Positions 38,201-52,432 are shown, counted from the first letter of the whole stretch. The stretch: 62,986 nt of DNA, filler included, from Dugesia japonica (GCA_001938525.1; 5 parts of 5 records of this genome joined end to end with filler, not necessarily neighbours in it); one strand, 5' to 3'. Translations and numbers: made by a program. The notes: a model not told the origin generated them from the letters alone.

Positions 38201-40522
38201 GATATTCAATTTTCGTTTTTCATTGCTTACTTTTATGTTAATACTCATTTTCTCTATCAATCTTTCATAAATATGTTTACCAAAAATGATTTCGCAATTT
38301 TTGATTCTTCAAATTCTATTTCATTTTTTAATAAATTACATTTACAAATGACTTTTCATTGTTATACTTTGTTTCAAATTGATTTTATTCTTTAACTGTA
38401 TATTAAACGCGTCTAACAATTTCATTCCATTTATTATATCCAGTGATATAATAATCAATATTCTGGTTTCCTTCTATATTTACATTTATTGTTATTTTAC
38501 ATTATATCTTTACAGAACCATCGTTTACACATTTTATTTTCACATTTTTTGGCTTGACATTAATAAATGGGTATTTCCAGAATATTTTGTTCAATCACAT
38601 TTAGTTTTGCTATTGTGTCTCATAAGCATNTGATCTCATTAGCATAACTTTGTATGTAATCTGTGTATTAGATATTTATTTGGAAAACCTGTCATACCAT
38701 TATGAATATTTTGTGGTTCCATTGTATCAGAATGTTTTTTAATAATACCGCAATGCTTTTATTTCTTTTCATCAATCGTTTCTTCACATTAAGAAAATTG
38801 AACAATACAAATTTTTTTTTCATTCCTCGTTATGATATATAATAATGTCTGCCAATTCTTCTATTTTCTTAAAGGAAATCATTTACAAAAAAATTACCTT
38901 GTCTGGAATGTTCTTTCAGCTTTTACTAGCACACAGCCTTAATAATATTTTGCGTATTTGTGAAAGTAATAAATCTGAAACTCATATTTTCTTTTAATAA
39001 AAATAAGTAATGCTAACTTTGTTTAAACATTAGTTGATTTGGCTTGTTCACATTTCTTCGGTGTTATTTTCAAATTGACAGTGAAAAAGAACCCTTTTAG
39101 ACATATTTTGCCTTTTTATTTCAGCTGCAAATGTACATACACAAATATATGATGTGTACGGTTCTAATGGAGAAAGAGAAAGTACTGGCCAAAATTTGTT
39201 TTAGAAGATTTATTTCTGGAAACTTTTCCCTATGGTTCTGATAGGCAATTGGAAACTTTTGAAGACCTGTTATCATTGAAATTGATAGACACACAGCGGT
39301 TCATGAAATAATAGGACAGTTAAAATCATCAAAAACAACCAATTAAAAAGACTTGGATATGAAAAAAATGCTTGATACTTGGATTAATATGAATGAAAGA
39401 AAATGAATTTGATGCAAATAATAAATATCTATATTAAGACGTAATTAGACCAATTTGTTTTTGAAGAAATCTATAACTAACGATAAAAATTGGATTTTAT
39501 ACAATTATGTTAAACGCAAAAGATAATGGTCCAAGTTCAGTAAACCACCTCAAACAATAACAAAGGCTGAAACTCACCAGAAAAATGTCATGCTGTTCAT
39601 AAAGGAATTACATATTTTGAACTCTGACCAGTTAACACTTCAATCGACCCAAATGTTTACTGTCACCAATTAAGCAAATTAAAGGATTCCTTGCAGCAGA
39701 AACGTCAAAATTAGTAAATCATGTTGTTTTCACGACAATTTAATACCTCAACAAATTTAATTTAATGAAGACTTGACGAAAATTACTGAAACTAGACTAG
39801 GATTTACTGCCGCACCCATCATATAATCCATCACACAAATTCTAAAAAAATTTTAAATAATAAAAGTAATAAAATATTTAATAATAATAATGGAATTTTT
39901 AAATTTTTTCTTTATTTTCTTTTTCAATTGAATAAAATTAATATAATTTATGCCATTTAAACAATTTTATAATAATGTTCTAATATCGATAAAATCTATC
40001 AAAAATTCGTATTCCTGAAGAAGAAAATAGTCGAAAATTTGAATATCAATAAAACAGCAATTTAATTTGATCGAAGCTATTACTTTATTTATGAAATCTC
40101 AAATGTAATCAATAGTTAATTTCAACAATTTTTCTCGCAATAATTGCAATTATAATAAATTTAAACAATTTATTTAAATTATATAATATTTAAATTCCAT
40201 ATTTAATTTCCAGAAAGTATTAGATTAATTTAATTTTTATTTATTAAATGTAAAAGTATCACATTAGTCACATTGAAAAATTATTATTATTACTATTATT
40301 ATTATTATTATTNNNNNNNNNNNNNNNNNNNNNNNNNNNNNNNNNNNNNNNNNNNNNNNNNNATTGTATAACGACTTTTATTGCATTCATCTTGTAAATA
40401 TAGTACTTTTAATTTATAATAATATTTAACAAAATACATAATTACTTAGCTGTATGAATTATCAGAAGATTCCAAACGAAAAGAATTTCTTGATGATTTA
40501 TTTAGTTTCATGCAAAAAAAAG
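31135..40522 (+). CDS. ARID3: ARID3 / dead ringer (retained, Bright) transcription factor, 5' part: exons 31135-31833 and 40450-40522
   Basis: Exon 1 ends NWNYEEQFKQ|gt after an acidic tract; exon 2 is ttag|LYELSEDSKRKEFLDDLFSFMQKK-G|gtaag. Spliced, this reproduces the ARID3 extended-ARID signature W.YEEQFKQLYEL..D.KRKEFLDDLFSFMQK.G. The remaining exons are not in this scaffold. Confidence 0.92.
32865..35155 (-). mobile_element. Penelope-like retroelement relic in the ARID3 intron, flanked by (AAT)n
   Basis: RT motifs YSVPKDHK..RPNA, GSLDITNLYRSIT, LAMGNNISP, IKFTLEK...IPFLDT, FLNNGYP; hammerhead-like motif at the 3' end (32895-32930). Confidence 0.8.
32895..32930 (-). ncRNA. Degenerate hammerhead motif at the 3' end of the Penelope element
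   Basis: Minus strand gt-CTGATGA-T-aacagttgatccgtc-GAAA-ta-ta; core intact, stems I and II imperfect. Confidence 0.55.
35377..36791 (+). mobile_element. Full-length decayed Tc1 element (1.4 kb)
   Basis: TA-CAGTGTGCCACAAAAAACCAGTC ... GACCAGTTTTTTGTGGCACACTG-TA; TVKHERGNVIIWGCI, YIFQQE, WLSQSSHLNLNE motifs. Confidence 0.9.
36870..37020. repeat. Degenerate ~30-bp minisatellite
   Basis: Units like TATGCAAATAATATGGGAAATTAAATAAATT repeated 4-5 times. Confidence 0.55.
37040..37560 (-). mobile_element. mariner transposase N-terminal relic
   Basis: FDHENRLRTGHSISFDEGRL...QATRELA, then PQLRP.FRSTSL as in mariner HTH regions. Confidence 0.7.
39170..39830 (+). mobile_element. mariner transposase relic
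   Basis: ITNDKNWILYNYVKRK, KAETHQKNVML, LLPHPSY (DEKW / HPPYSPDL remnants). Confidence 0.7.
40010..40045 (+). ncRNA. Minimal hammerhead motif (Penelope pLTR family)
   Basis: tattc-CTGAAGA-A-gaaaatagtc-GAAA-at-tt-gaata: stem I tattc/gaata pairs, core intact, stem II imperfect; followed by the family tail TTTGATCGAAGCT. Confidence 0.6.
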
Positions 40523-42636
40523 GTAAGATTTTGTGTTTTATTAGAAGTTAAATATTTCTCTTTAATTTTATTATGGAAATGTTCTCATTTTCTAAATAGA
40601 AATCATTAAAAAANNATCAAATTTATTGTGCATTTGAAAGTCTAACAGTTTGAAATTTATTCTATTACCAGTTGAAAGATCCAGTTATGTTTAATTATTC
40701 ATAATTATTGATGACAGATTAAATGGCGGATAATGTTTTAGCAAAGTAAAAAGAAATTAGTCTTAAAAACATGTGTTTCACTTAGATTTTAATTGCAACT
40801 TGACCGAAGTAGTATCACTAATGATTGAACTACTAACTATAAATGTTATTTTCAATAAAACACAGTGCCCTGATCATCGTCCTTAATTGATTAAACAACA
40901 TAATTCTTACAACCTAAATCTACATAATTCTATAATTATTAGCCATCTTTAATGGTAAATACAAGACTATATCGGTCTCCCTGTCGATGGCATACTAAAC
41001 AGACTTTTAGATTTTAATACAAATGCGTAATTAGTTGACAACTCTCTAGTTTGTTTATGAAAACATTGATTATGCACGAATATTGAAGATATCATTTGAC
41101 ATATTGATGTAATCAGGATGCATGTCATCTATACATATTAGGTTTAATGCCAGCAGTTATTTAATATTGGAATGTTCACCACCGATCACTGACTGATGTT
41201 ATGCTCTCTGCTCCCCTGGTTGCTATTAAAAAAGATAATGGTCCTAATGATCGGATGGATATTTAGACATAATTTGTGTGACGTAAAACCATAATCTCTT
41301 AGTTTCTGAGGAGACAGTAATTATAAATGAATCCACATAAAATTACATGGTTGATCATTAGAAGCGCAGTGTGTTGTAACCAAGTTAATGTTAAATACTA
41401 ACACTTAGTAATTCTGTGTAATATTTTACGACGTTGATGAGATCTAAGTAAATTTATGATTTATTTTTTTCTAAATCGTAACTTAAATAAAAGCAATTCA
41501 AAAAGATTCAGCCATAATTAGATAAACGGTATTAATTTTTTTATTAATATTCATAAATATTAAAATTTAATTTATTTCTTTTTTATTTTATAAGTTTTTG
41601 ACGCAAAGCAATTAAGAAAACAATTTAGACTGATTATTGGAAAAAAATGAATGTGTTTTTGATTAATTTCTCGGAACAGTTTGGTATTTTATTTAAAATA
41701 GTTTCGAAAATTTAATTTTATTTGCGTAATAAATTTAAACATCGAAAATATCAATAATTTTTAAGTAATTTCAATTTAATGAAAAAATATAATATATTTG
41801 TGACATTACTTTGTCTAATATCAATTTCAATCGGTTAATTAATTGCCTTCATTCTAATTTTTACTTGATAAATAATTCAATTACTTTATATATTTTTTGA
41901 AAAATTCAATTAATTCCATGAGTTTTTCTTTATATTCTCGTAAATTTCGTTGAAAATTCCAAAAACAAATTTTAATTTTATCCTCAATTTATGCTCTTTG
42001 AATTTAAAATTGAAACTGCTCTTTTGAATTTTTTTATTTGAACTTATTTTCAGATCTTTTATCCAAAGGTTTTCATAGTTTCCAACATACTATCTTATAT
42101 AAATTCAAAAATAATATAAAATGAAATCCAGAAGCATTTTTTTCAAAATTCTTATAATTAGTCAGAATCACATTGATTTAATTATTCTCCTGTATTCTTT
42201 TAGAATTTTCTTTAATTTCTTGTATTATAACTGATTAACAGAGAACCTGTTATTAAATCTAATTTTCTCGATAAATTTTCAACAAATATATTTTTTTTAA
42301 AATGAGCGATTTACTTATTAGATTGTATTTTACATTGTTTCAGTGTATAACAAAGCATAATTTCTATATTTTAAAATATTAAAGAATTATTTTCATTTTA
42401 ACAAAAAATTGCAAGAGAAACAATCTTTTATATAAAAGTATTTTTAATACTCTACATGGGAACGGTTTTTAATAATGATTGCTAATCAAAATAATCTAAT
42501 CAAAATTTCATCAATTATATTTTTACTTCAGCATAAGGCTGGTATTTAGAGCAGTAGCACTTGAAATATATGAAATATTTCCATAGTTTTTTGAGTAATA
42601 GTAAGAATGTCATATATTCTAAAATATGGTAATATA

Positions 42637-43921
42637 TTAGGCTGGAACATAAGTTTGTGGCATATTATAGTTGAAAATGAAACACAAGTTTAAAACCAAT
42701 ATACATAAATTTTATCAGTAAAATACGCACCATCATGTTTCCCTACTTGTCGCCATTTTTGAAGAAAACTTCAATAAGCCATTCTCCTAGAATTTGCCTT
42801 CTTTTTAGCTATGAATTGGTCCAAGGAATATTTGCAGTTCTCTAAACTTTGGAAATTTTTCACACAAAGAGAACTTTGTAGGGATCCGATTAAATGAAAA
42901 TCCAAAATCGCTAAATCGGGCAAAGACGACGGGTGATTTAGTTGTTCTCATCTTAGATTTGTAATTCTCCAGTTATCAAATTCACTCGAGGTTTGGCATT
43001 ATCATGGTACAAAACAATACGCTTCCAATTTTCCAATAAAGGGCGCTTTTCATTTCATCGATTACAGCTTTAATTTGATCTTATTGAAAACAATACTTTT
43101 AGAAATTCATGGTCTGTCCTGGTGGAAGAAATTCATAATATATTACACACTTCCAAACACATCAAATACAGAACATAATTTTCCTTGAATGGATATCGCC
43201 TTTTGGAGTGGTCTTCATAGGCTCATTTCTTTGTTTCTAAGATCGTTTTCATTATCGATTATTTACTAATACTATTAATTTTTCATACACAGTAATTGTC
43301 CTTTTTAGAAAGGGTTCGTTTGAGTTTCTTACTAATAAGTAATTGCATATTGACTCACGAGTCATTAATTGTTTTCCCGTCAATTGATAAAAAATTCAAA
43401 CATCATAAAGACTGATTTATTCAAGTGTTCTCAAATGCCTTCTCACACTCATGTGATATTTGCAATTTCTTTGCAATAAATTGTGTTGTAGAATGGAATT
43501 CATTTTCAACAATTGATTGAATTGCATCATCATTGATGAAAACATATCTACCAGAGCGTTCTTCATCTTCTACGTTGTAAATTCCTCTTTTGAACTGTGG
43601 AAACTACTTGACGACTGTGCTTCCTGGTTCAACGTTTTTTTCGTAAACGGAAAAAATCTTTTTTACTCTCTGTGCATCGTTTTTTCTTTTTCGAAAATAG
43701 AAAAGCATGAGACGCCTAAAATGCACTTTGTTTTATTCAATTCTGAAATACGACTAGACAATATAATATTTTAAAAAACTAAACAATACTGTTGAAAAAT
43801 GCGTTTTAAAAAGATATTTCAAGTAAGGTGTATATGTAATATATTTATTCCACAATATATTTATGACTATAGATGTTTAAAGATAGTTGTGTAAAAAGCT
43901 TCGAACTTATGTTCCAACATA
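42637..43921 (-). mobile_element. Full-length decayed mariner element (~1.3 kb)
   Basis: TIRs TTAGGCTGGAACATAAGTT / AACTTATGTTCCAACATA; relic motifs VLYHDNAKP, HPSSLPDLAILDFHLIGSLQ, DGAYF. Confidence 0.85.
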
Positions 43922-44067
43922 CATTCGATTTTTAACTAATTAAAGCATTTTATGCCTTAATTCGCGAAAAAATTTTTGATTCCAAAAATATAAAATTGTA
44001 TGAAATCATTAAATTAGCAGAAATTAGATAAATTAATGTTTTACAATTACAATTATTGCGAGAATAA

Positions 44068-44167
44068 NNNNNNNNNNNNNNNNNNNNNNNNNNNNNNNNN
44101 NNNNNNNNNNNTTAATTAATTAANNNNNNNNNNNNNNNNNNNNNNNNNNNNNNNNNNNNNNNNNNNN
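44068..44167. other. Artificial scaffold-concatenation spacer
   Basis: 44N-TTAATTAATTAA-44N. Confidence 0.9.
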
Positions 44168-45099
44168 AATGCCATGTAGAAAATTACAGAAAATTATTTC
44201 TTCCCAAAATAAATCAGACAGAAAAATTACAGCTGAGAAATCAGCAAAATTAAATAAATAAACTTTATACACATTATTGATAAACATAAATAAAGTTTAA
44301 TAATCAATGGATTGAAATAAAATAACAATGTCATCACTATTTTAAATGTCTGTTATTGATCTGAATATGGGCATCATATTGATTTGATTTTGCTTTGTTG
44401 ATTGATGGTTGTTGCATCGTATGTTGAGGATTTATTGAGTTGAGTATCAATTATTTGTTTGTGTTTGGTGTTTGTGTGAATTTGTTTGTATAAATATTTG
44501 TATGAGTGAGTATGTGATCTCAACAATTTGTAAGCGAATTAATCTCGATAGAATAAAAAAAATTTAAATTTGATGATAATAATTCTCAAACGAATGAACA
44601 ATCAAGCGCAATTGGATAAAACAATTAAAAAAAATTTAAATAATGACTTGAACAACAGCAAAATTAAAAATATATAACTGAAAAAATTGAAGTTATTTAC
44701 TGTATTCACTATTTTTTTAATCAAAAAATTCATATGATCTGATAGCTGGACTAAAGAGATTGTTTATCAAAAAACAAATCATCATCACTGGTGCATTAAA
44801 ATTTAACGACTTCTAATTTATAATTTTTGACGTGTCTTTACAACCAATTGGTTACATGAAAATTTTCAAAATTATGCATAACTCGCAAACGAGTGAATTN
44901 ATTTTTATGAATGATCTATTTTTCGATAGAACAATTAAATACAAGCATTTTTTCAATATTTTGTTTTATTTTAACTTTTAATTTTTGTTTAAATTTAAAA
45001 AAATTTAAAAATTGACTCTTAAACAGTTGATATTTTTGAAACACTAAATTTTTCACCAGAGGTTTTATAGCGTTTTATTTTTCTTAAAAACAATCTACA

Positions 45100-45616
45100 T
45101 AGTACTTAACATTATCAAGTTATCTTGAATAGTTTGGTGAAAAAATGTGAAAAGTCGATATCAGTTTTTCAATGGGTGTGTGGCGATCTAAAAAAGCTTG
45201 CCCAACACTGCTTCATACCTACAAGCCTCGATGCAGAAAGGGTTTTCTCGGTTTCAGAATTGCTTGTCATGAAAAACAGATCAATATTTTTCGATAAAAA
45301 CGTCGATAATTTATGATTTTTAAGAACATTTTTTCACAATATAAAATAATATTGTTTCATTTTCTAATGATTTTTTCATTTAATTTCTTACTTTTGAATT
45401 TTTAAATAAACACAAATGAATTGATACAATATTTTACTGAATGTTATTTCATTTATTGAAATAAATTTATTTTTCCTGTCTGGGAAATATTTTCTAGCTG
45501 ATATGCATGTAGAAACTATAAAAAAGTCCTTTAACGAAAATTATCGATATTGTCGGTATTACCGGTTTAGGCAATTACCAATTACCTCGGAAGTGCTTCA
45601 GTAATAGACACCCTAC
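45100..45616 (+). mobile_element. hAT 3' end relic
   Basis: PTSLDAERVFSVSELLVMKNRS...VDNL*FL (hAT dimerisation domain); terminus ...GTAATAGACACCCTA. Confidence 0.7.
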
Positions 45617-47369
45617 ATGCTATATGCTAATTTGAAAAGTTTTTGTGCGCATTGAGTTAATTTTGCATCTTGTAATCCGATAATTTTGATATTTTTAGAA
45701 TATTGTTTGTATTGAGTTGTTTTCTTGTATCTGTNNNNNNNNNNNNNNNNNGTCATCGTCTGATGTGTATTTAATTTCTTTATCTAGTACTTGCTTATGA
45801 ATCATTCCTCATGTCCAGTCATATAGTTCGTCTGGGTCAGTAATTGATTGACTTTGAAATAGTTTGGATACTCCTGATAGTACATGTAATCGAATTTCCG
45901 TGAGAATAATATTTTACTTATAATAGCTAAGGATTTGATAATTGGTGGTTGTTTGTGTAACAATTAGAATTCTTTATTTATTTTGACACTTCATTGAAAT
46001 CCAAATGATTCACTTTATTTTGCCATCATTCCTTTGGTTTTTATATGGTTTTTGTTTATCATATATATCTCTGTCTGACAACTAATAATAATTGAATTTT
46101 AGTCATTCTTTGTTTATTATATTCATAGATTATCAAAAAAGGTTTTTAATATATTTAAATTATATCTATCTGTTCCGCTAGTACGTGGTTTTTGTTTATC
46201 CAAGTGTATCTATTTTGATGTTTTAATTAGTGGTTTTGGTTTTGGAATTTCTGCTTTTTTATTTATATCAATTTCTTTATTTGGTTTTATCGAAAGAAAT
46301 GGAATTCTCATACTGATTTTAAAGTCTCGTACAATCCAGTTAAATGTATCGCATATTAACGTTAGGTAGTGGACTTTATATGTACCTTAATATATTTATT
46401 ATATAATTCATATTTCTATAAATATATTATATAGTTGACTATGCGAATGAAATAATAATTAGAAAAATGTATTATATCAAATTGTATCGTTATTATTTTA
46501 ACACTATAAGTCTTAACCGAAGTAGGTTTCAAATTTTTACAGTAATAAAGAAAAGGGTGAAAATATGACATTTCACACTGGCATATATACCTTTTCTGAG
46601 ACCTAGTTTAATTGATTATTTTTAAGTCAATATGTACAGTAAATACAACTTTATATTAAAATCCCCATATTAAATAAATAAAATTTTAAAAATAATCAAC
46701 ATTCAAATATTCAAAATAAATAAAAACATAAGTTTCTTATAAATTCCATATCAATTAGTAGATCGAAATATTTACAAGATTTTAAAATTCCAATATTAAA
46801 TAAATAAAATTCAATATACATTTTTTATAAATTTCATGTCAATTAATCGAGTGAGATATTTACTTTTCCAAATAATCGAACCTAATTGAATAGTAAAAAT
46901 AAATTGCAAAAAAATTGTTGATCAAACTTAATAAATTACAGGAAATTTTTTTAAATAATATACACATTAAATATAATGATATACAGTATACTGCATGTTA
47001 GATCATCAAAGTTTAGATCATAATAATCAAAATAAAGTAAGGATATAATCACAGTCATATCGAATAGTCAATTAACGTAATGTCAGGTCATAAAATAGAC
47101 AATTCGAATTAAAAATTTGATTATAAGATTTAATAAAATTGTTAAAATTAAAAATTGATTGGATGATTGAATTGATTGATGATTGAATGTTCTGGTGTTG
47201 TTTGCTTGGTTTTTGCCTGTGCTTGTATTATCCAATGTTTGCATTTTTAATTGTTGCTTTCTGCAATATTAAGTTCTCAAAATGTGTTTATTCACTTTAA
47301 ATTACATATCTGAGTCTTTTTTCTGACTTTTTTTTATGTATTGTTGTATGTATATTTCAGTTGAAATTT

Positions 47370-47860
47370 CTTTAATTCTGTTTACGATTCGACCTTATTA
47401 AAACGTCACACGGATTAATATTCGCTGAGTTCGGTGCCAATCTATTCCATTGCCATTGAATATTTGTGCATCTAAGATAATAACACGATCATCGAAGTAT
47501 TCACTTAATAGATCAGACTTGAGAAATTCTATATAGATGAGCTCCATCTTACATAAACCAAAAATCGTGAAATTCATTTGTTGTTTTTAACATATTTCGA
47601 TAGAGTTCTCCTTTGATAGTTTCGCAAATGAAAATCGGCCCAATAATCATTTTTGATGACATAATTCACCCAACGGTTATTCATTTTGGACGAAGAAGCT
47701 TAATTATGGAAAAGTGAATTCTAGGGACTCCAGAAACGCCAATTTTGCTTGTTTACGTGCTCTTCAAATTGAAAGTGTACTTTATCCATTTCTCTGCACA
47801 ATCTTTCCAAAAATGCCACATAAAAACTAAAACCATTTCCAAATTCTTGTTTTTAAAAAT
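47370..47860 (-). mobile_element. Tc1/mariner-superfamily transposase relic
   Basis: MIIGPIFICETIKGELYRNML...DFWFM*DGA...SANINPCD, resembling 'IIGPYFF...WFQQDGA...SPDLTPCD'. Confidence 0.65.
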
Positions 47861-50800
47861 AATTTTAAAAATACCATATATTATTTATCGTATTAAAGGA
47901 AATATTAATTTTTATTAATTATTATTAAATAATTTGACAAGATCTTCTGTTATGTTCACTTTTGTCTACAATTTCTGCATTTAATTGCCAATTTCTTTGG
48001 ACTTCGCTATACTTCAGATTCTTTGATCTACCACACCTAATTTCTTTTAAATGTTCACGCGTTTCTGTTTCTTTAAACAAAATTGAAATATCAAACAAAT
48101 ATAAAGACCATAATAAATTTGCTTTATATTAGTAATTAGTGCTTTTCGCCAAATAAAATGTTCGGAAACTTGTTTCTAAATAAAAGAAAATTACATTGAT
48201 TTATACACTGAATACTAAATTCTTTTGAATAATTGCAAGAACGTAATTTTTCAGATATCTTTAGAATTATTCTTGGAGAAGATTGAGTTAAATCTTGAAC
48301 TTGATATTCAGTTGAAATCGTGGTTGGAAAAATTTGTGTTAAAAGACATCGCTGAATTGAAGAATTTATCTGAGATGTTGTTCTAACCGAATGATATTCA
48401 TATGCTTCGAAATGTTTTTTTTATAGTAAAAATACTGAGAAATAAAGTTAATGAATAATTCGATTGTCATAGTTAGGTATATCTTCAATTGGTAATTCAT
48501 TTTGTAAATCACTAATAATATTTTGAGACATCATTTATTTTACTACTATAAACCAAGTTTCATAATATAAATAATATCAAAATACAAGCATTTCAATATT
48601 AATATTTATATAACTCAATTTCTTTTGGGTGAAATTATTAATTAATAAATATTTCCTCATAGTCATTATGAACATAAATTTCTAAATATCTAAATTAATA
48701 AATATTAACAAATTAAAAAGTAGAAACCTGATCTAACATGATTTAAAAGCCTTATTTTCATTTCAAAATCATTTACGAATAAAGAAATTGCCTAAAAAAT
48801 TAAGTATTATATAAAATAAGAATAGTAATTACTGTTTTCAAGTTTCTTAAATAGTACAATATGTTCCACATATTGCCACGACGGAGTTGAATAAATTAAT
48901 TTGAATAAACAAAACAAATATAGTAGTTTTTATCTGGTATAGAATATAAATATTTTAATTCTTATTTAAATTTGGAAAGATGATATTTATTTTAATAATA
49001 TTTTTTATTTTTTAATCTTATAAAAAGTTCGATATTTCTATTAACACCACGGCGTCACAATTTTGAGGGTTAGTGTACCTCTTAAAAATCAATCGGTGGG
49101 TTTGGCGGTCCCATATCTGCTCCCATTTGTATTTCACTGAAAATAAGAGAATTTATTCAGACGGAATTAAACAGTTAAAATTTCATTTAAATATATCAAA
49201 TTAATAATTCATTACTACGGATAATAATTTATTTAGTAAATCAAAACAAGGAATGATTAAACAGGTTGACCCAAATCGTCTACATGATTGGGCGCGAACA
49301 TTTCTACAAAACATTGCAGATCCGTCTCACCAGGGATTAACTTACAATTCACCGTCAATAACGCGTTAAAGATGTTAGTCTTAACGGTAATTGTAATGAG
49401 AATATAATAATTAGGATGATAATGTTCAAAACCATGTGGTTGTTAAGAAGGGTATTATAAAAAATTAAAACTGTCATTATAATAATAATAATCATATTAC
49501 GGATAAAGGTTTACCTGTTGTTAATAATAAAAATGTTAAGGATAATATTACGATTAACAATAGCGCTACAAACAGTCCATTTGATAGTTAAAATGCCAAT
49601 TGTCATATTCATAAGAAGAATTCTGTTAATAATATCTTTATGGTTAGAGAAATAAATTACAACATGACACATTCTAACTAAAACCACCGAGTAATCAATA
49701 ACTCTATTACCGGAGAAAACACTGCTAAAATTCTCAATGACAATGTTTGGTGCACACATTTCTTTTCCAACGAGAGATTCTCTTATTACCATATCAGGGT
49801 GAGTGAGAATTAACTGATTCGACATACAAAGAAAAATTAACCTCCAGTGCGCTCGACTAAACTAGCTGAGTCAAATAAATGTACACGAGCGTGGCTTATA
49901 TTAACGATACAAAGAAAAAAAAACGAGGAGACGAAAAAAATTATTTGTGAGATTCATCTAGTTGTTGAATTATTCCACCACACTTCTATCATAGACTGGA
50001 ATTTGTGATGATTTTTCTCTATGCGTAACAACAAAATTGGATTTAATATTTATTATCGATAACATTCATACTGGTAAATTTTTTTTATATAATAAAAAAA
50101 AATAATTAAGATAATAAAGAAAAAATTTGATTAAAAATAATGTTTATTCACTAATAAAATATTAAATGAACAAAATCATACTTCTTTAATTGTTGTGATT
50201 CTGCAACGGAATAATATAGCACGATATTCTCCAATTTCTTCGTATTCTCAAATTAAAACTTTGTAGATTGATACGCCAGTTTCAGTGGTTTTATTTCACT
50301 TAAAAAAAATTTCAATTTAATAAATTTCATTAAAATCCAGGGGGTTTATATACTTCCTCGTCAACACCCCGACTTCTCTACCATTGGCCGGTTATTTTTA
50401 TTTTCTGGTTTGACGCTTCAGATTGGCATCAGCTCTAAAATATCTAAAATTTCTAAGATTTTCAACCGCCCGATTGGTGCCTATTTTTAGACCACCTGCT
50501 GATTTTCAGGACTTTGTTTTTCGTTTATCTTTTGGCCTCTCATTGGCCCAATCTTTACCCCTTCTTTCCAGACCTTTCCGGTAGAGATAACATTTTCTCG
50601 TTACGAAAAACAATTCCCCCGTGTTATTTCCTTTCTGAATTTTCTTTCTCGAACCTCCTCCGGTTTCCTGAGCCTTTTAACTGATTTTTAATCAATTAAT
50701 TTTCTTTTTTCCAAATAAATTAATTAATTTATTTCAACACTTCTTATTGTAATTAATATACTGTTTTCTTATTTTTCACACAACTTATAATTTCCTTTAA

Positions 50801-52432
50801 TTATAATCAACTGATCTCAGCTTCATTATGATAACCTTCCTTTTCTTTTTAATTTAAACTTTACAGATNTTNTTTTTAATTATTTATTCGTGATTTGTTA
50901 CTGAAATGAGAATTNTTATTAATTATTCCAAACTACTACATTTCATAACTTCTTCATCACTCAAATTTTGGGCCCCTGAATACAATTTCACGAGGATCGG
51001 GTGTTTCACCTCAACAAAGGTCATATAATGATTTATGGAAATATGGCCTGGCTTCATTCTGAGCGTGATTTACCATGCTAAGTAGTGTCTGGTTTTCGCT
51101 CATCTCTATCACAATTTCGGGATCTTTTATGCTCTGTAATCTTGTATATATAATTGAGGAAAGCGGATAACTTGTATTTTCTCTTTTTTCATCATTAATC
51201 TTTTCCTTCCGAAATGGCGGTTTTTAATATTCGATTACCAACGTGCAAATGAGGATTTGAGTAAGGTAACCAGGCAAATTTAGAAAAAATACGGGACATT
51301 TTCAAGAAAAAATACTAGGAATTTTTAAAAATAATCTTTTACGAATGTTAATTGCTAAAACCACTTTATATTCAAATTTTTAAATTTCATTACCATTTAT
51401 TTTTGGTACTTTTCTTCAGAAATTACATTGAAAAATTTATTGTTTTCTTTCACAAGTTTAAATGTTGAGATAAATTCGGGTATATCACGAACCCATATCA
51501 GCATTTACATGAGTTTAAGAAAAGTCTAAAAATTTTAAAATAATCCAGGTATCGATATAATACATTGATAAATTTCATTATATGGTCTTAATATCGTTAA
51601 TACATGAAATAATATTAGTGTAGATAAACTATATAGTCTGCTATTAAATACGATTCACAAAATTTACTTTTAAAATGTTTATTATTGTATCAAATTTTTA
51701 CAATAGAAATTCAGGCGATGTTATTTTTATTGCTAGGTGTTTACTCGGTAAGTATCAGCTTTTTTTGCAATTTGAAAGAGGGTAATAATTCTAATTTTAC
51801 TTCGCTATTCATACTAGCGATATACATGTGACCTTGATAAAATTTACCGAACAATAAAAATAAAATTTATAAAAAGCATATTGAAAATTTACAAAAACAG
51901 GATCCAATTAAAAATTTACATTTGGAAAATAAAAACCATTAATATTTTTTCAAAAATTATTATCTTAATAATATTTACCATTTATTTCATATCCAATGAT
52001 AGTTCATTTATAAATTTCAATAGAAATATTTTCCAAAAAGNNNNNNNNNNNNNNNNNNNNNNNNNNNNNNNNNNNNNNNNNNNNNNNNNNNNNNNNNNNN
52101 NNNNNNNNNNNNNNNNNNNNNNNNNNNNNNNNNNNNNNNNNNNNNNNNNNNNNNNNNNNNNNNNNNNNNNNNNNNNNNNNNNNNNNNNNNNNNGGTGAAT
52201 AAGTCAATTAGTAAAAATATAGGGCTTCTGATGTGGTTGAATGCTGGTTTGATTGATTCCAGAGTATGATTTATTGAACTGTTTGATATTTTGTCTTTTT
52301 TGATGTTTATGTTGTTGTATGTATAATTATGTTTGATGTTATTCATTTATGGGATTAAATGCTAGTGTATTAGTTGTGGTTTTCCCAAACATAAAGAATT
52401 CTAAACAATTCATATTTGAGTTGTATTAGATT

